Source: Deltaproteobacteria bacterium
GTDB taxonomy: Bacteria > Myxococcota > Kuafuiibacteriia > Kuafuiibacteriales > Kuafuiibacteriaceae
NCBI GenBank assembly: GCA_016703535.1
Contig: JADJBV010000001.1
Coordinates: 385,014 to 449,013, forward strand
Reading direction: 5' to 3'
DNA length: 64,000 nucleotides
Shown here: one piece after another, positions 37,105-47,900 of the stretch
Layout: every line of letters starts with the position of its first letter
Position numbering within the stretch: the first letter of the stretch is position 1
Notes under the pieces: model-generated
What the model saw: the letters and a program-made list of their open reading frames with translations, nothing else
What the model was told of the DNA's origin: nothing
Database searches by the model: none
Translations under genes and position numbers: made by a program

Positions 37105-39394
37105 TCAGGTCGTAGGTGTTGCCAGGTGCGGTGCCCTGGTCCCGGTACAGATAGGCTCGCACGAAGTACCCGCCAGCGGTCGGTGGCGTGATGGTGATCG
37201 ACTCGCCGTTGGTGGTGCCGGCGGAGGTGCCGACCACGGTGCCGGCCGAGTCGAGTAAGGTCAGGTCGATGTCGCCTTCGGCGTGGGTGAAGTTGACCCG
37301 CACCGTGGACGGCACACCTCCCGGCAGATCGATGTCGTAGTAGTCGTCGCTGCCGCTGCAGGCGGTGAGGGACGAGTAGGTGCCCGGCAACAGGTAAGGG
37401 GAGGTGTTGGAGTTGTCGTTGGGTTCGTAGAGGTCACTGGGACAGGTCCCGCCACCGCCGCCGGTGACGCTGGTCATCAGGTTGTAGGCGTTGCCGGGGC
37501 TGCTGCCCGCGTCGCCGTAGAGCGTGATCCGCAAGACATAGTTGCCGGCGGCGCCCGCGGTGAAGCTGAGGGTCTCGTTGTCGGTGTTGGTGGTGCCGCT
37601 CGCCACTACGGTGCCCGCCGGATCTCGGATCTCGGCGTCGATGTCACCTTCGGCGTCGGTGAACTGCACGGTGAGGGTCACGTTTTGTCCGGCGGTGAGG
37701 GCCAAGCGGTAGAAGTCGTCGTTGCCCGCGCAGCTCTGCAGGTTGGGCGTGGAACCGGCGCTGATCGGGCTGGCGCTGCCGGCGGCGTCGTTGGGCTCGA
37801 GGCTGTCGGACGGGCAGGTCGGGGGCGGGTTGCTGCCGCCGCTGGTGACCGTGACGTTGAGAGAGTACGGCGTGCCCAAGGTCGAGCCGGTGTCCGAGTA
37901 TAGCGTGACCTGTACGGCCGCGAAGCCGCCGTTTTGGAAGGTGTAGGTGACCCGTTCGGTGCCGTTGGAGGTCGAGGATCGATCGAGGGGGATGCCAAAC
38001 AGCCCGAGCAAGGCCAGATCGATGTCCCCTTCGGCGGGGTTGAAGGTGACCTCGGCGGTGACGGTTTCGCCGCCGCTGACCAACAAGCGATAGAAGTCGT
38101 CGTCGCCGGTGCAGACGTTGAGGCCACTTTCGGTGCCGTCGGAGATGAAGGCCGCGTCGCCGTAAGCGTCGTTCTCCTCGAAGCCGTCGGCGGCGCAGGG
38201 CGCGGCGGAGGCCTGGATCTGCAGCGTATATTGGTTGCCCGGGTTGGGGCCCAGGTCTTGGATCAGCTGCACCCGCACGCTGTAGGTGCCGGCGGTGGTG
38301 GCCCGATAGGTGAAGGTTTCGGTGCCGCTGGTGGTGCGGGAGCTGGCCACGACCGAACCGCCAGCGTCGTACAACTCCAGGTCCAGGTTCCCTTCGCCGT
38401 GGACGAAGGTGATGGTGACGGTCAGATCGTCGCCCGCGGCCAACGGCAAGGAGAACCAGTCTTCGTCGCCGGCGCAGGTGGTGAGGCCACTTTGGGCGCC
38501 GCCGTTGATCGTCGCCGCTTGGGCCCGGGTGTCGTTGGGCTCGAAGCGATCCGGGTTGCAGGTCATGGTGGTGGTGCAGTGGCCGGTGGTGGTGTTGCAG
38601 GTCGCCGGGGCGGTGCAGCCTGCCGCGCCGCAGCCGGGGTCACACGCTCCACTGAATAGATTACACACAGTGGAAGGCGCATTACACTCCAGGTCGGACC
38701 CGCAGATCGGCCCGGTGTTGGCGCCACAACGGCCGCTGTTGGGGTTGCAGATCATGCCGCCCGAACACTGGAGGCCGCCCGCTTGGGCGCAGCCCGGGAT
38801 ACACTGGTTCGACTCGCAGACGGTCATCGGCGGTGAACAGTTGGCGTCGCTGCTGCAAGGCCCCTGGAGCGAAACACATTGGCCGGTGTTGGAGTTACAG
38901 ACCTCACCACTCGGGCAGCTACCGCCGCCGGGTTGTGCACAACCCAACACGCAGATGTTGCCCTTGCAGATGGTGGCGGGCGGGGCACATTCGCTGTCGC
39001 CGCGGCACTCGTCGCCGGGTTCGGGCGCGCCGCTGTCGGGTTGGGGGGCCACGCCGCCGTCCGGATCGGGCGGTGGGGTGCGGGGGATGCAGACGCCGGT
39101 CAGGGTGTTGCAGTATTGGTCGGTCGCGCAGGCCTGGTCGTTGGCGCAGGTGGTGGCGACGATGCACGACTTGGTGTTGGGATCGCAGATCTCACCGAAG
39201 TTGCATTCGTCGTCCCGGCCGCAGCCCGACTTCAGGCTCATCCGGCACTCGCCGCTGACGCAGACCTGGTCGGCGCCGCAGTCCCGATTGCTCACGCAAC
39301 CCCCGACCGGGGTTTGGGTCGTGTCCGAGCTGCACCCGTAGATCCCGACGCCGATCAGTGTCCACAATGCCCAGGAGACCCGCACGGCCAGCAT
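37094..39394 (-). CDS. Secreted Cys-rich lipoprotein of 766 aa with four pre-peptidase C-terminal (PPC) domains.
   Basis: The signal sequence ends in GIYGC. About 20 CxxC-type Cys-rich modules follow. There are four repeats of the form EPND....A..I..G....L..C.GDDD(W)F.L....G..LT....F.H.EGDIDL.L.D..G..V. The 3' end overlaps the convergent HEAT gene by 11 bp. Confidence 0.75.
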   Translation of the reverse strand: MLAVRVSWALWTLIGVGIYGCSSDTTQTPVGGCVSNRDCGADQVCVSGECRMSLKSGCGRDDECNFGEICDPNTKSCIVATTCANDQACATDQYCNTLTGVCIPRTPPPDPDGGVAPQPDSGAPEPGDECRGDSECAPPATICKGNICVLGCAQPGGGSCPSGEVCNSNTGQCVSLQGPCSSDANCSPPMTVCESNQCIPGCAQAGGLQCSGGMICNPNSGRCGANTGPICGSDLECNAPSTVCNLFSGACDPGCGAAGCTAPATCNTTTGHCTTTMTCNPDRFEPNDTRAQAATINGGAQSGLTTCAGDEDWFSLPLAAGDDLTVTITFVHGEGNLDLELYDAGGSVVASSRTTSGTETFTYRATTAGTYSVRVQLIQDLGPNPGNQYTLQIQASAAPCAADGFEENDAYGDAAFISDGTESGLNVCTGDDDFYRLLVSGGETVTAEVTFNPAEGDIDLALLGLFGIPLDRSSTSNGTERVTYTFQNGGFAAVQVTLYSDTGSTLGTPYSLNVTVTSGGSNPPPTCPSDSLEPNDAAGSASPISAGSTPNLQSCAGNDDFYRLALTAGQNVTLTVQFTDAEGDIDAEIRDPAGTVVASGTTNTDNETLSFTAGAAGNYVLRITLYGDAGSSPGNAYNLMTSVTGGGGGTCPSDLYEPNDNSNTSPYLLPGTYSSLTACSGSDDYYDIDLPGGVPSTVRVNFTHAEGDIDLTLLDSAGTVVGTSAGTTNGESITITPPTAGGYFVRAYLYRDQGTAPGNTYDLIIP

Positions 39395-39412
39395 TGTCGG
39401 GAACTTGGGTGC

Positions 39413-40945
39413 TCATCGCCCATCGGACGATCGCCGTGTCGGCTGCACCCGACGCCGTGGACTGCCGGACCGGGGAGAACCCGGCAGGGCCCGGGCCAGG
39501 CGGCGCACAGCCTCGACCAGCTCCCTTTCGTCCAGGCAGGCGTAGCCGACCCGCAGGTGCCGGGACCGCCCGTCGTGGAAGTGAAAGCGACGCCCCGGGC
39601 CCACGATCACCCCCAGGTCGGCGGCCCGGGCGGCCCAGCGGTCGACGTCGAGCTTCGGGTCGGCCTCGAGCCACAGGGCCATGCCGCCCGCGGGCAACTC
39701 GACCTTGAGCACCTGACCGAGCCGCTGCTCGAGCGCCGCCGCCACCACCTCCCGACGGTCCTGATAGATGCGCCGCATCCGTCGCGCGTGGCGCTGCACC
39801 TCACCATCTTCGAACAAAGAGGCGACGGCCGCCTCCAACGCCAGGTCACCTTGGCGATCGATCGCCAGGCGCAGTTCGGTGGCCCGGGCGATCACCGGCG
39901 TGGGCGCGACCAAATAACCAAGGCGCAGTCCGGGCGCGAGCACCTTCGACAAGGTGCCCACGTAGATCACTACCCCGGCCCGATCGGCGCTGGCCAAGGG
40001 CAAGACGGGGCGACCTTGGTAGTGGACCTCGTGATCGTAGTCGTCCTCCAAGATCGCGAAGGCGTGTTTTTGCGCCAAGGCCAAGAGGCGCAGGCGGCGG
40101 GCCGCCGAGAGGGTGACCATGGTCGGGTACTGGTGGTGGGGCGTCAGGTACACCGCCCGCACCCGTTGCCGTTCGAGCAGCCGCTCCAGTGCCTCGAGGT
40201 CGAGGCCTTCTCGGTCCACGGGCAACGGCACCAGCTCGGCCTTGCGACCCAAGGCCTGCCACGCCGGCCGATAACCGTAGGCCTCCACCACCACCCGATC
40301 TCCAGGCGCGAGCAACACCTCGGCCGCCAAATAAAGAGCCTCCTGGGCACCCCGAGTCACCAACACCTGCTCCGGGCTGGCGGCCAAGGCCCGTTCTTCG
40401 CGCAGGAGCTGGGCCAAGGCCGCTCGCAGGGCCGGGTGCCCCGCCGGATCGCCGTAGTCGAGGAGCCGGCGGTGGGACTGAGTGACGGCCCGCCGATACG
40501 CCCGCGCCAAGGCGGCCCGAGGCACCAGCCGAACGTCCGGCACCCCGCCCGCCATCACCAAGGCGCCCTTCGGGTGAGGTGGGCTGGGCGAGGGCAGGGG
40601 ACCGTGAAGCACGAAGCCCACCCGGTCGGGCACCGGTTCATCGGGCCCGAGTTCGGGCGCAAAACGGCGAGGTCGAACCTTGGGGAGCGCCTCGGCCACG
40701 AAGGTCCCTCGAGTGCCGTCACTTTCGATCCAGCCTTCCGCCAAGAGCTCATCGTAGGCGGCGACCACCGTGTTGCGATTGACGCCCAGCTTGCTGGCCA
40801 AACTTCGAGTCCCAGGCAGCCGATCTTTTGGTCGCAGCCGCCCGCGCAGGATGTCCCGGGTCAAGCCCCGAGCGATCTGCAAAAACACCGGCAACCCGCC
40901 CGCAGCGTCCAACCCGGAAATGTTCTCCCACTCTCCGACCATCAC
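39413..40945 (-). CDS. MocR/PdxR-family transcriptional regulator, a GntR HTH fused to a PLP-dependent aminotransferase-fold domain.
   Basis: The N-terminal winged HTH contains GTRSLASKLGVNRNTVVAAYDEL. The C-terminus has an aminotransferase class I fold. Confidence 0.8.
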   Translation of the reverse strand: MMVGEWENISGLDAAGGLPVFLQIARGLTRDILRGRLRPKDRLPGTRSLASKLGVNRNTVVAAYDELLAEGWIESDGTRGTFVAEALPKVRPRRFAPELGPDEPVPDRVGFVLHGPLPSPSPPHPKGALVMAGGVPDVRLVPRAALARAYRRAVTQSHRRLLDYGDPAGHPALRAALAQLLREERALAASPEQVLVTRGAQEALYLAAEVLLAPGDRVVVEAYGYRPAWQALGRKAELVPLPVDREGLDLEALERLLERQRVRAVYLTPHHQYPTMVTLSAARRLRLLALAQKHAFAILEDDYDHEVHYQGRPVLPLASADRAGVVIYVGTLSKVLAPGLRLGYLVAPTPVIARATELRLAIDRQGDLALEAAVASLFEDGEVQRHARRMRRIYQDRREVVAAALEQRLGQVLKVELPAGGMALWLEADPKLDVDRWAARAADLGVIVGPGRRFHFHDGRSRHLRVGYACLDERELVEAVRRLARALPGSPRSGSPRRRVQPTRRSSDGR

Positions 40946-41101
40946 TATCCACCCCCAGTCCCGACCCCTTCGCAGGTTGCCTCAGTTCCTCACCCTCCTG
41001 GGTTCTTGGTTTCCTAAACGATCCGATCGCCTAACTGGACTAGTAAGATTCGCAGAACTGGGCCATCTCAACAGTCCAGTAGCCTGGCACGGTCCCCGGG
41101 C

Positions 41102-42178
41102 ATGCGACATCCTCACTACGCCGCTCCGGCCGGCTTGGCCCGGGACCTCTTCGCCAGGGCCGAGGTGGTCCATGTGGCCGCCGCCAGCCCCGAAGGGCGA
41201 CCCCTCTTGCGTACGGTCCACGGCGTGGTCGTCGGCGAACACCTGTGTTTTCACGGCGCCGACCTGGGTGAAAAATCGGCCCTGCCAGGTTGGCCGGTGG
41301 TCATCAGCGCCGAGCGGATCTTCGCCGAGATCCCCAGCTACTTCGTCGACCCCGAGCGGGCCTGCCCGGCCACCACCTATTACGAAAGTGCGATGGTCGA
41401 AGGCACGCTGGAGGCGGTTCACGATCCGGAGCTGAAGGCCCAGGTCTTGTCGGCGCTGATGGCCCGCTTTCAGCCCGAGGGCGGGCACCGGCCGATCACC
41501 GCCACCGACCCGCTGTACGAAAACGTGGTCCGGGCGCTGCTGATCCTGCGGATCCCGCTCGAAGGTGCGGTCGGCAAGATCAAGCTCGGCCAAAATCGGC
41601 GGCCCGCCGAACTCCACCAAATTTTGGGGCTCCTCTGGGATCGCGGACGCCCGGGTGATCCGGAGGCGATCACTCGGGTGCTCCTGGCCAATCAAGAGCG
41701 GTTGGAGAGTCTGCCGGACTTCTTGGCCGCGCCGCCGGGGGTCCGGCTCCTCCCGTTCTTGACGTCTGAACACGCCGCTGCTTCGGCCCAACTTTTGAGC
41801 GGGCAATATTGGACCCAAGGCCTCGGGCTCGAGGCCCTGGCCCAGGCTCAGCTCGGCTCGACCGCTTGGGTGGGGGCCTTCGAGGGCGACCGGTTGATCG
41901 GCAGCGCTCGGGCGATGAGCGACGGGGCCCGGCTGGCTTGGCTCTACGACGTGGTGGTGGAGAGTTCGTTCCGCGGCCGCGGCGTCGGGCAGGCGTTGGT
42001 GCGGCTGCTCCTCGATCACCCGGCGGTGCGGGGCGCGCGCAAGGTCCTCCTCGGCACCAAAGACGCGATGCCTTTGTACCAACGTTTTGGCTTCGCCGAG
42101 GTGGACAGTCCCCTCTCGACCCGCAACGGCCGGCTGATGGCCTGGACCCGGCCGCTCGGGTCCAGGGGATCGGCGTGA
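41102..42178 (+). CDS. Protein with a PNPOx-like FMN-binding split-barrel domain fused to a C-terminal GNAT acetyltransferase.
   Basis: The GNAT motif is VVVESSFRGRGVGQALV...LYQRFGF. The gene is divergent from the MocR-type regulator. Confidence 0.65.
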   Translation: MRHPHYAAPAGLARDLFARAEVVHVAAASPEGRPLLRTVHGVVVGEHLCFHGADLGEKSALPGWPVVISAERIFAEIPSYFVDPERACPATTYYESAMVEGTLEAVHDPELKAQVLSALMARFQPEGGHRPITATDPLYENVVRALLILRIPLEGAVGKIKLGQNRRPAELHQILGLLWDRGRPGDPEAITRVLLANQERLESLPDFLAAPPGVRLLPFLTSEHAAASAQLLSGQYWTQGLGLEALAQAQLGSTAWVGAFEGDRLIGSARAMSDGARLAWLYDVVVESSFRGRGVGQALVRLLLDHPAVRGARKVLLGTKDAMPLYQRFGFAEVDSPLSTRNGRLMAWTRPLGSRGSA

Positions 42179-42208
42179 GGCCCACGAACGTGGCGCCCAA
42201 AGCGGGCC

Positions 42209-42745
42209 ATGGGCGCGTTTGTCGAGGGTCGGGAATCGGTGGCCAGGGTGGCGGGTTGGCCGGCGGTGCTGATCCCCGTGATGTTGACGTTTTTGGCCTC
42301 ACCTGAGGCCCCGCCCCCTCGGTTCGACGCGGAGGTCTCTCACTTGCTGGGCCGCGTGATGCCCGAGTGGGAGCTGGAACGTTGGCTCGACGGACAAGCG
42401 CGCAGCTTGGCTTCGCTCCGCGGTCAGGTGGTCTTCATCCGCTGGTTTGCGATGCCGACCTGCCCGTTTTGCACCCGCAGCGCCGAAACATTGATCAACA
42501 TTGATGATGCGTTCAAGGATCGGGGCCTACGGGTCATTGGGATCTACCACCACAAGGAGGATCGACCGCCGCTGCCGGACGACCCGGAGGTGGCGACCAA
42601 GGCCTTCGGCTTTCGCTTTCCCCGAGCGCGCCACATCCACCTGGGAGGTGCCTTGGCGGAGGGTCCAGCCTTGGACGCACTCTGCGACGCCATCGAGCAG
42701 CTCTTGGCCGAAGGTGACGAGGTTCAGGCCTCACCCTCGGGCTGA
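42209..42745 (+). CDS. Thioredoxin-fold (TlpA/redoxin-like) protein with a CPFC active site.
   Basis: The active-site context is VVFIRWFAMPTCPFC, and an N-terminal hydrophobic segment is present. Confidence 0.65.
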   Translation: MGAFVEGRESVARVAGWPAVLIPVMLTFLASPEAPPPRFDAEVSHLLGRVMPEWELERWLDGQARSLASLRGQVVFIRWFAMPTCPFCTRSAETLINIDDAFKDRGLRVIGIYHHKEDRPPLPDDPEVATKAFGFRFPRARHIHLGGALAEGPALDALCDAIEQLLAEGDEVQASPSG

Positions 42746-43179
42746 GCCGAGGCCAAGATTTCGCTCAGGCCCAACCAGGCCGCGTCGTCCCACATCTGGA
42801 TGTCGAGGGGGTAGGGATCGTGGCCGAAGAGATCCAGGTTGAGGGAGTCCATGAAGGCCTCGCCGTCGGCGGTGTAATAACGCCACTCCTTGACCCCGGC
42901 GCCGGTCAACGACACCGCTTGGACGCCGATGGTCCGGGCTTCGGTCCCCGCCTCGAGGGCGTCTTCGAAGGTCCGCATGCGCGCGTATTCTTCCGGCGCC
43001 GGCAGCCCGCTGCCTTCGCTCGAGTAGCTCCAGGTGATGACCATCAGCTTGGGGAAACGGAGCCGCTGCTCGTCCTTGGGCATCTCACTGCGCATGCGGA
43101 TCAGGTGGGGCTGGCCCTCCACCTCCGCTTTGCCGACCGACCAGCTGTCGTCTTCGAAGATCTCCCCCATCGCGTGCAC
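42724..43179 (-). CDS. Hypothetical 151-aa protein.
   Basis: Codon usage is consistent with the region. It overlaps the convergent thioredoxin gene by 22 bp. Confidence 0.45.
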   Translation of the reverse strand: MHAMGEIFEDDSWSVGKAEVEGQPHLIRMRSEMPKDEQRLRFPKLMVITWSYSSEGSGLPAPEEYARMRTFEDALEAGTEARTIGVQAVSLTGAGVKEWRYYTADGEAFMDSLNLDLFGHDPYPLDIQMWDDAAWLGLSEILASAQPEGEA

Positions 43180-43225
43180 CCTTAACCCAAGGTCGCTTGG
43201 GGGACCAGCCGTTCGAAGGTCGCCG

Positions 43226-43879
43226 TCAACCTGCCTTGCGCAGGGTCAGGTTGAGCCGTTGCCGCCCGACCTCGGGGTGTTCGCCGTCGGCCACCGGCAA
43301 GATCCCGTGGAACCGCAGCCGAGCCGGGCCACCAAAGACCACCACATCGCCGTGCTCCAACAAGATCCGCTCCGGGCGATCGGTGCGCTCCAAGCCGCCG
43401 AACAAGAAGGTCGCCGGCAGGCCCAAGGACACCGAAACGATCGGGTGATCGTAACTTCGTTCGTCCCGATCTTGGTGCAGCGCCATCTTGGCGCCAGGCA
43501 GGTAGCGGTTGATCAGGCAGGCGTCGGGCACGAAGCCCGGATATCCGGCCACCGAGGCCGCACCTTGGGCCAGGGCCAACAACCCGTCGGGCAAGGGAGG
43601 CCAAGGCCGGCCCGACTCGGGATCGGTGGCCTGGTAGCGATAACCTCGCTGATCGGTGACCCAACCCAGGGCGCCGCAGTTGGTCAGGGCCACGGACATC
43701 CAGCGGCGCCCCGGCGTCATCATCGACCGAAACGGCGCGTGTTGGTTCACCAGGTCGATGGCCGCCAACAGGGCCTTGGCCTGGCCCGCGGCGTAACGAG
43801 GCAAATGCCAGGCGCCCGGCAAAAACTCGGTCGCGGGCGGGCGAAGATCGCCGAAGGCGAGGGGGAGTTGGCCCGCCAC
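43226..43879 (-). CDS. alkB: Alpha-ketoglutarate/Fe(II)-dependent dioxygenase AlkB, a DNA/RNA alkylation repair enzyme.
   Basis: MALHQDRDE...PIVSVSLGLPATFLFGG...LLEHGDVVVFGG..RLRFHGILPV matches E. coli AlkB LSLHQDKDE..PIVSVSLGLPAIFQFGG..LLEHGDVVVWGG..RLFYHGIQPL. Confidence 0.9.
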   Translation of the reverse strand: MAGQLPLAFGDLRPPATEFLPGAWHLPRYAAGQAKALLAAIDLVNQHAPFRSMMTPGRRWMSVALTNCGALGWVTDQRGYRYQATDPESGRPWPPLPDGLLALAQGAASVAGYPGFVPDACLINRYLPGAKMALHQDRDERSYDHPIVSVSLGLPATFLFGGLERTDRPERILLEHGDVVVFGGPARLRFHGILPVADGEHPEVGRQRLNLTLRKAG

Positions 43880-43920
43880 CTCGAGAGCATCGAGGGAAGT
43901 GGGCCGTTCGCCAAGGGCGA

Positions 43921-44709
43921 TCAGCTCTTCACGGGAACCGGCGCGGCGGCGGGCGGCGTCGAAGCGCCCACCGGGTTGGCCCCGGTTTGGGTGACCGAAG
44001 CCGGCGGAGGCCCCATCGCGGGTGCGGGCGCTTGGGCGGTGGTCGCTTTGGGCGTGTGGGCGGGGATCGGGGTGGGCAAGGCCCGCTCGATCTCCCCCGC
44101 GTCGGCCTTTTGGGCCAACACCAGGCGCTCTTTTAGCGTTGCCACCTCTTTGTGGTCCCCCTCGAGTTGGCCGATCTCCCGCTTGGCCCCGGCGATCTGG
44201 GACTCCAGGCGTTCGATGTCCTTTTTCAGGCTGCCGATCCGATCCTCGATCATCTGCTCCTTCCGTTGAGCGCTGTCGATGATCCGCGGGACGTCGACGT
44301 GGAGAGCCTCCAGGGTCTTCTTCACCACCTGCATCACCAGATCGATGTTGCGGTTGGGCAGCTGACGCGCCAGCTGGAGCGCCTCGTCGATCCCGAAGTT
44401 GCCGTTGGGCAGCTGGCTCGGGGTCGGGAGTTGGCTGGGCGTCGGGACCTGACTAGGGGCCGCTTGGAGCGGCGGCGGGGGCGGCGAGGTCTTCACCGGC
44501 GTGACGCTGACCTGGGTGCTGCCCGACATGATCGGCGGGCCGACCACGCCATGGGTCGCGACCTTGGCGGGTGTGGGTGACTCGGCCGGGGTGGTGTCGC
44601 TGTTGAGCGACTTGGCGCGCACCGCTTCGGTCACGATGTCACTCGACTTCACCACCTCTTCGACCTCGTCCAGGTCTTCGGTCCGCTTCCGGCGATCGAA
44701 CAAGCCCAT
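43921..44709 (-). CDS. Hypothetical coiled-coil protein of 262 aa with a Pro-rich C-terminus.
   Basis: It contains heptad-like segments such as RIGSLKKDIERLESQIAGAKREIGQLEGDHKEV. Confidence 0.5.
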   Translation of the reverse strand: MGLFDRRKRTEDLDEVEEVVKSSDIVTEAVRAKSLNSDTTPAESPTPAKVATHGVVGPPIMSGSTQVSVTPVKTSPPPPPLQAAPSQVPTPSQLPTPSQLPNGNFGIDEALQLARQLPNRNIDLVMQVVKKTLEALHVDVPRIIDSAQRKEQMIEDRIGSLKKDIERLESQIAGAKREIGQLEGDHKEVATLKERLVLAQKADAGEIERALPTPIPAHTPKATTAQAPAPAMGPPPASVTQTGANPVGASTPPAAAPVPVKS

Positions 44710-44937
44710 CGGGATACCTCCAGAGGGGGGAGACTACGTTCGATCCCGATCTCCTGCTAGGACTCCACTGGATCCCTCCTGCGCAGCTTTGCGCCTGTTT
44801 CGGTCCATCGACCCCGAGATCCGACCGTGGGTCGGCGATCGTCCTCCGTTCCTTGGGGGGCCTGGGCTCTGGCTGTGCCGACCGGCCTCACCGACCGGTC
44901 TTGCTGGCCGCGTACCGCCCGTGTAGCAGGGAGACGC

Positions 44938-47900
44938 ATGGGAGAGCGGCCGCTGCGGGAGGGCCCCGACGAGGGGTCGACCGCCGAGCTCGAGGCCACC
45001 TTGGTGCCTCACACCCCTTCGGGGGCGCCCCCAAACCCCGGGCCGGATCTGGGCGAGTTCCCGGTGGTCGACCGGAGCCACTATCGCCTGGGCGCGGAGT
45101 TCGCTCGGGGAGGCTTGGGCCGAATCCTGGAGGCCTACGACCTGCGGCTCCAGCGCCACGTGGCGATCAAGGAGCTCTTGGCCAAAGATCCCCGGGCCGA
45201 GGCGCGGTTTCTCCGGGAAGCGTACATCACCGCCAGGCTGCAGCACCCGAACATCGTGGCCATCCACGAGGCCGGGCGTTGGCCCGAGGGCGATCGCTTC
45301 TACGCGATGAAGTTGGTGCGGGGTCGGACCTTGGCCGATCAGCTGGATCTGACCCGCAACGACAATGAACGGCTGGCCTTGGTCCCGGCGATCGTCGACG
45401 TCGCCGACGCGGTGGCGTACGCCCACAGCCAGAACATCCTGCATCGGGATCTCAAGCCCTCGAACGTGATGGTCGGCCCCTTCGGCGAAACCGTGGTGAT
45501 CGATTGGGGCCTGGCCAAGGCCCTGGACGACGGCAAAGAGGAAGGGGTCACGCCGCCCGAACGGACCCCCAGCAACGCCTTCGAGACCTCCGACGGGATG
45601 GTGGTGGGCACGCCGGCTTATATGCCGCCGGAGCAGGCCATGGCCCACCGCATCGACGAACGGGCCGATGTCTACGCCTTGGGCGCGATGTTGTACCACG
45701 TGTTGTCGGGCCATCGGCCTTATCACGAGGTGAAGCCGAAGGACGTGTTGCAGGCGGTGGTCAATCGCCCGCCGGTGCCGTTGTCCGAGTTGGCGCCGCG
45801 GATGCCCCGGGACCTGGTGGCGATCGTCGACAAGGCGATGGCCCGGGATTCGTCCCAACGATATCGGACCGCACGCCAGATGGTGGAAGAGCTCCGGCGC
45901 TTCAGCACCGGTCAGTTGGTGCGGGCCCACGACTATTCGTCTTGGGAGATCCTGACGCGCTTCGCCCGACGGCAAAAAGCGGCGGTGGCCACGGCGACCT
46001 CGGCTTTGGTGGTGTTGTTGGGGTTGGCGACCTTCAGCTACCTGCAGATCGCAGAGGAGAAGGCCGAGGCCCAAAAGAACGCCGTCGAAGCCGAGCTGCG
46101 GGTGGAGCAGTTTTTGCTCGAAAAAGCCCGGTCTTTGCTCGATCGGGACCCGACCTTGGCCTTGGCCTATCTCAAGGATCTGAAGCGACCGATGCCCGGC
46201 GCGGCGACGGTGGGCGCCGAGGCCGAAGACCGCGGGGTCGCGCGGCACGTGCTCCGGGGCCACTCGGCGGGCATCAACGATCTGGCGGTGTCGGCCGACG
46301 GGCGCCACTTGGCCTCGGCCAGCACTGACAAGACGGTGCACCTTTGGGACGTCGGCAGTGGCCAGGGGCGGGCCTTGTTGTGCCATCAAGATCGGGTGGC
46401 CACCGTCGCCTTTTCTCCCGACGGCGCCAGGCTCGCGAGTGGCGGCTACGATCATCGGATCTGCGTCTACGACGTCGAGACCGGACAAGGCCGACGTCTG
46501 GAGGGGCCGACCGAACCCGTGCAGCGGGTGGTGTGGTCGCCCGATGGGGAACGACTGGCGGCGGTCTCAGGGGATCGGACCGTCCGCCTTTATGGCGCGG
46601 ACGGCGCCTTGCTCGAGACCTTGGTGGTCGAGTCGGTGAACCGGGAGGTCTTCGTCCAGTTTTCTCAGGACGGTCGGAGGTTGTTGACCGGCGGGCACGG
46701 CGCCTTCGTGCGGATCCTGGATCTGGCCACCCACGAAAGCCGGGCCTACGACATCAGCTGCAGCGAAGGCGAAGTGGGCTGTAAAGAACCCCGGGTCACC
46801 TGGGCCGCCTTGTCCCCTGACGCTCGGACGGTGGCGGTGGCCGGTTCGGACGGCACCGTCTCGATCTTCGAGGTGCTCTCCGGCAAGCGACAGCGGCTGC
46901 GGGGCCACGAAGATCTGGTCCGTCACCTGGCCTTTTCGGCGGACGGTCGGCGGCTGGTTTCGGCCAGCCTCGATCGGAGCGTGCGGCTTTGGAACCTCGA
47001 CACCGGGGAAGGACGGGCGCTCCTCGGGCACACCGAACGGGTGACCAGCGCCCACTTTTCCCCGGATGGGTCCCGGGTGGTTTCGGCGAGTTGGGATCGG
47101 ACGGTGCGGATCTGGGACCTGGAGACCGGCGAGGTGAAGGTCCTCCTCGGGCACGAAGACGAGGTTTCGGTGTTGGCGGCCGCCGCCGACGAGTCCTTCT
47201 TGGCTTCGGCTTCGGCGGACGGGGCGGTGCGGCTTTGGCGCTTGGATCCGCCCCGTTCTCGGGCGCTCCGAGGCCACACCATCGGCGTCCACGGCGTCGA
47301 CTTTTCGCCCAAAGGGGATCGGGTGGCTTCGGGTGGCCACGACGATCTGGTGCGGATCTGGGATCCGGCTGGGGTCGAGCCGACTCGGATCTTGAGCGGC
47401 CACACCGATCACGTGTTTCGGGTTCGTTTTTCTCCGGACGGCCGGTGGTTGGCCAGCTCCGCCGACGATCAAACCGTCCGCCTCTGGTCGGTGACGGGTG
47501 AAGATCGCCTCTCTTTGATCGGGCACACCGCCGACGTGGAAGAGTTGGCCTTCTCCAGCGACGGGGGCCTCCTGGCCTCGGCGGGGGAAGACGCGGTGGT
47601 GTGGTTGTGGTCGATGCCCAACGGGATCGGGCGACCGCTGCGGGGCCACCAGAACCACGTCACGGATCTGGCCTTTGATCCCAAGCGACCGCGCCTGTTG
47701 TCGTCGAGCCGGGACGGCACGGTTCGGATCTGGGATCTGCGGGCCCAGACCTCAACCGTGGTGCGAGGCCACCTTCGAGAGGTTTGGAGTGTGGCGATCT
47801 CCTCCGACGGTGAAGAGTTGGCGTCGGTCGGCGCTGACGACACCTTGCGGCTCTTCGACGCCAAGACCTTGCGTCCTCGCCGAGTGCAGAAGGGCCTGCT

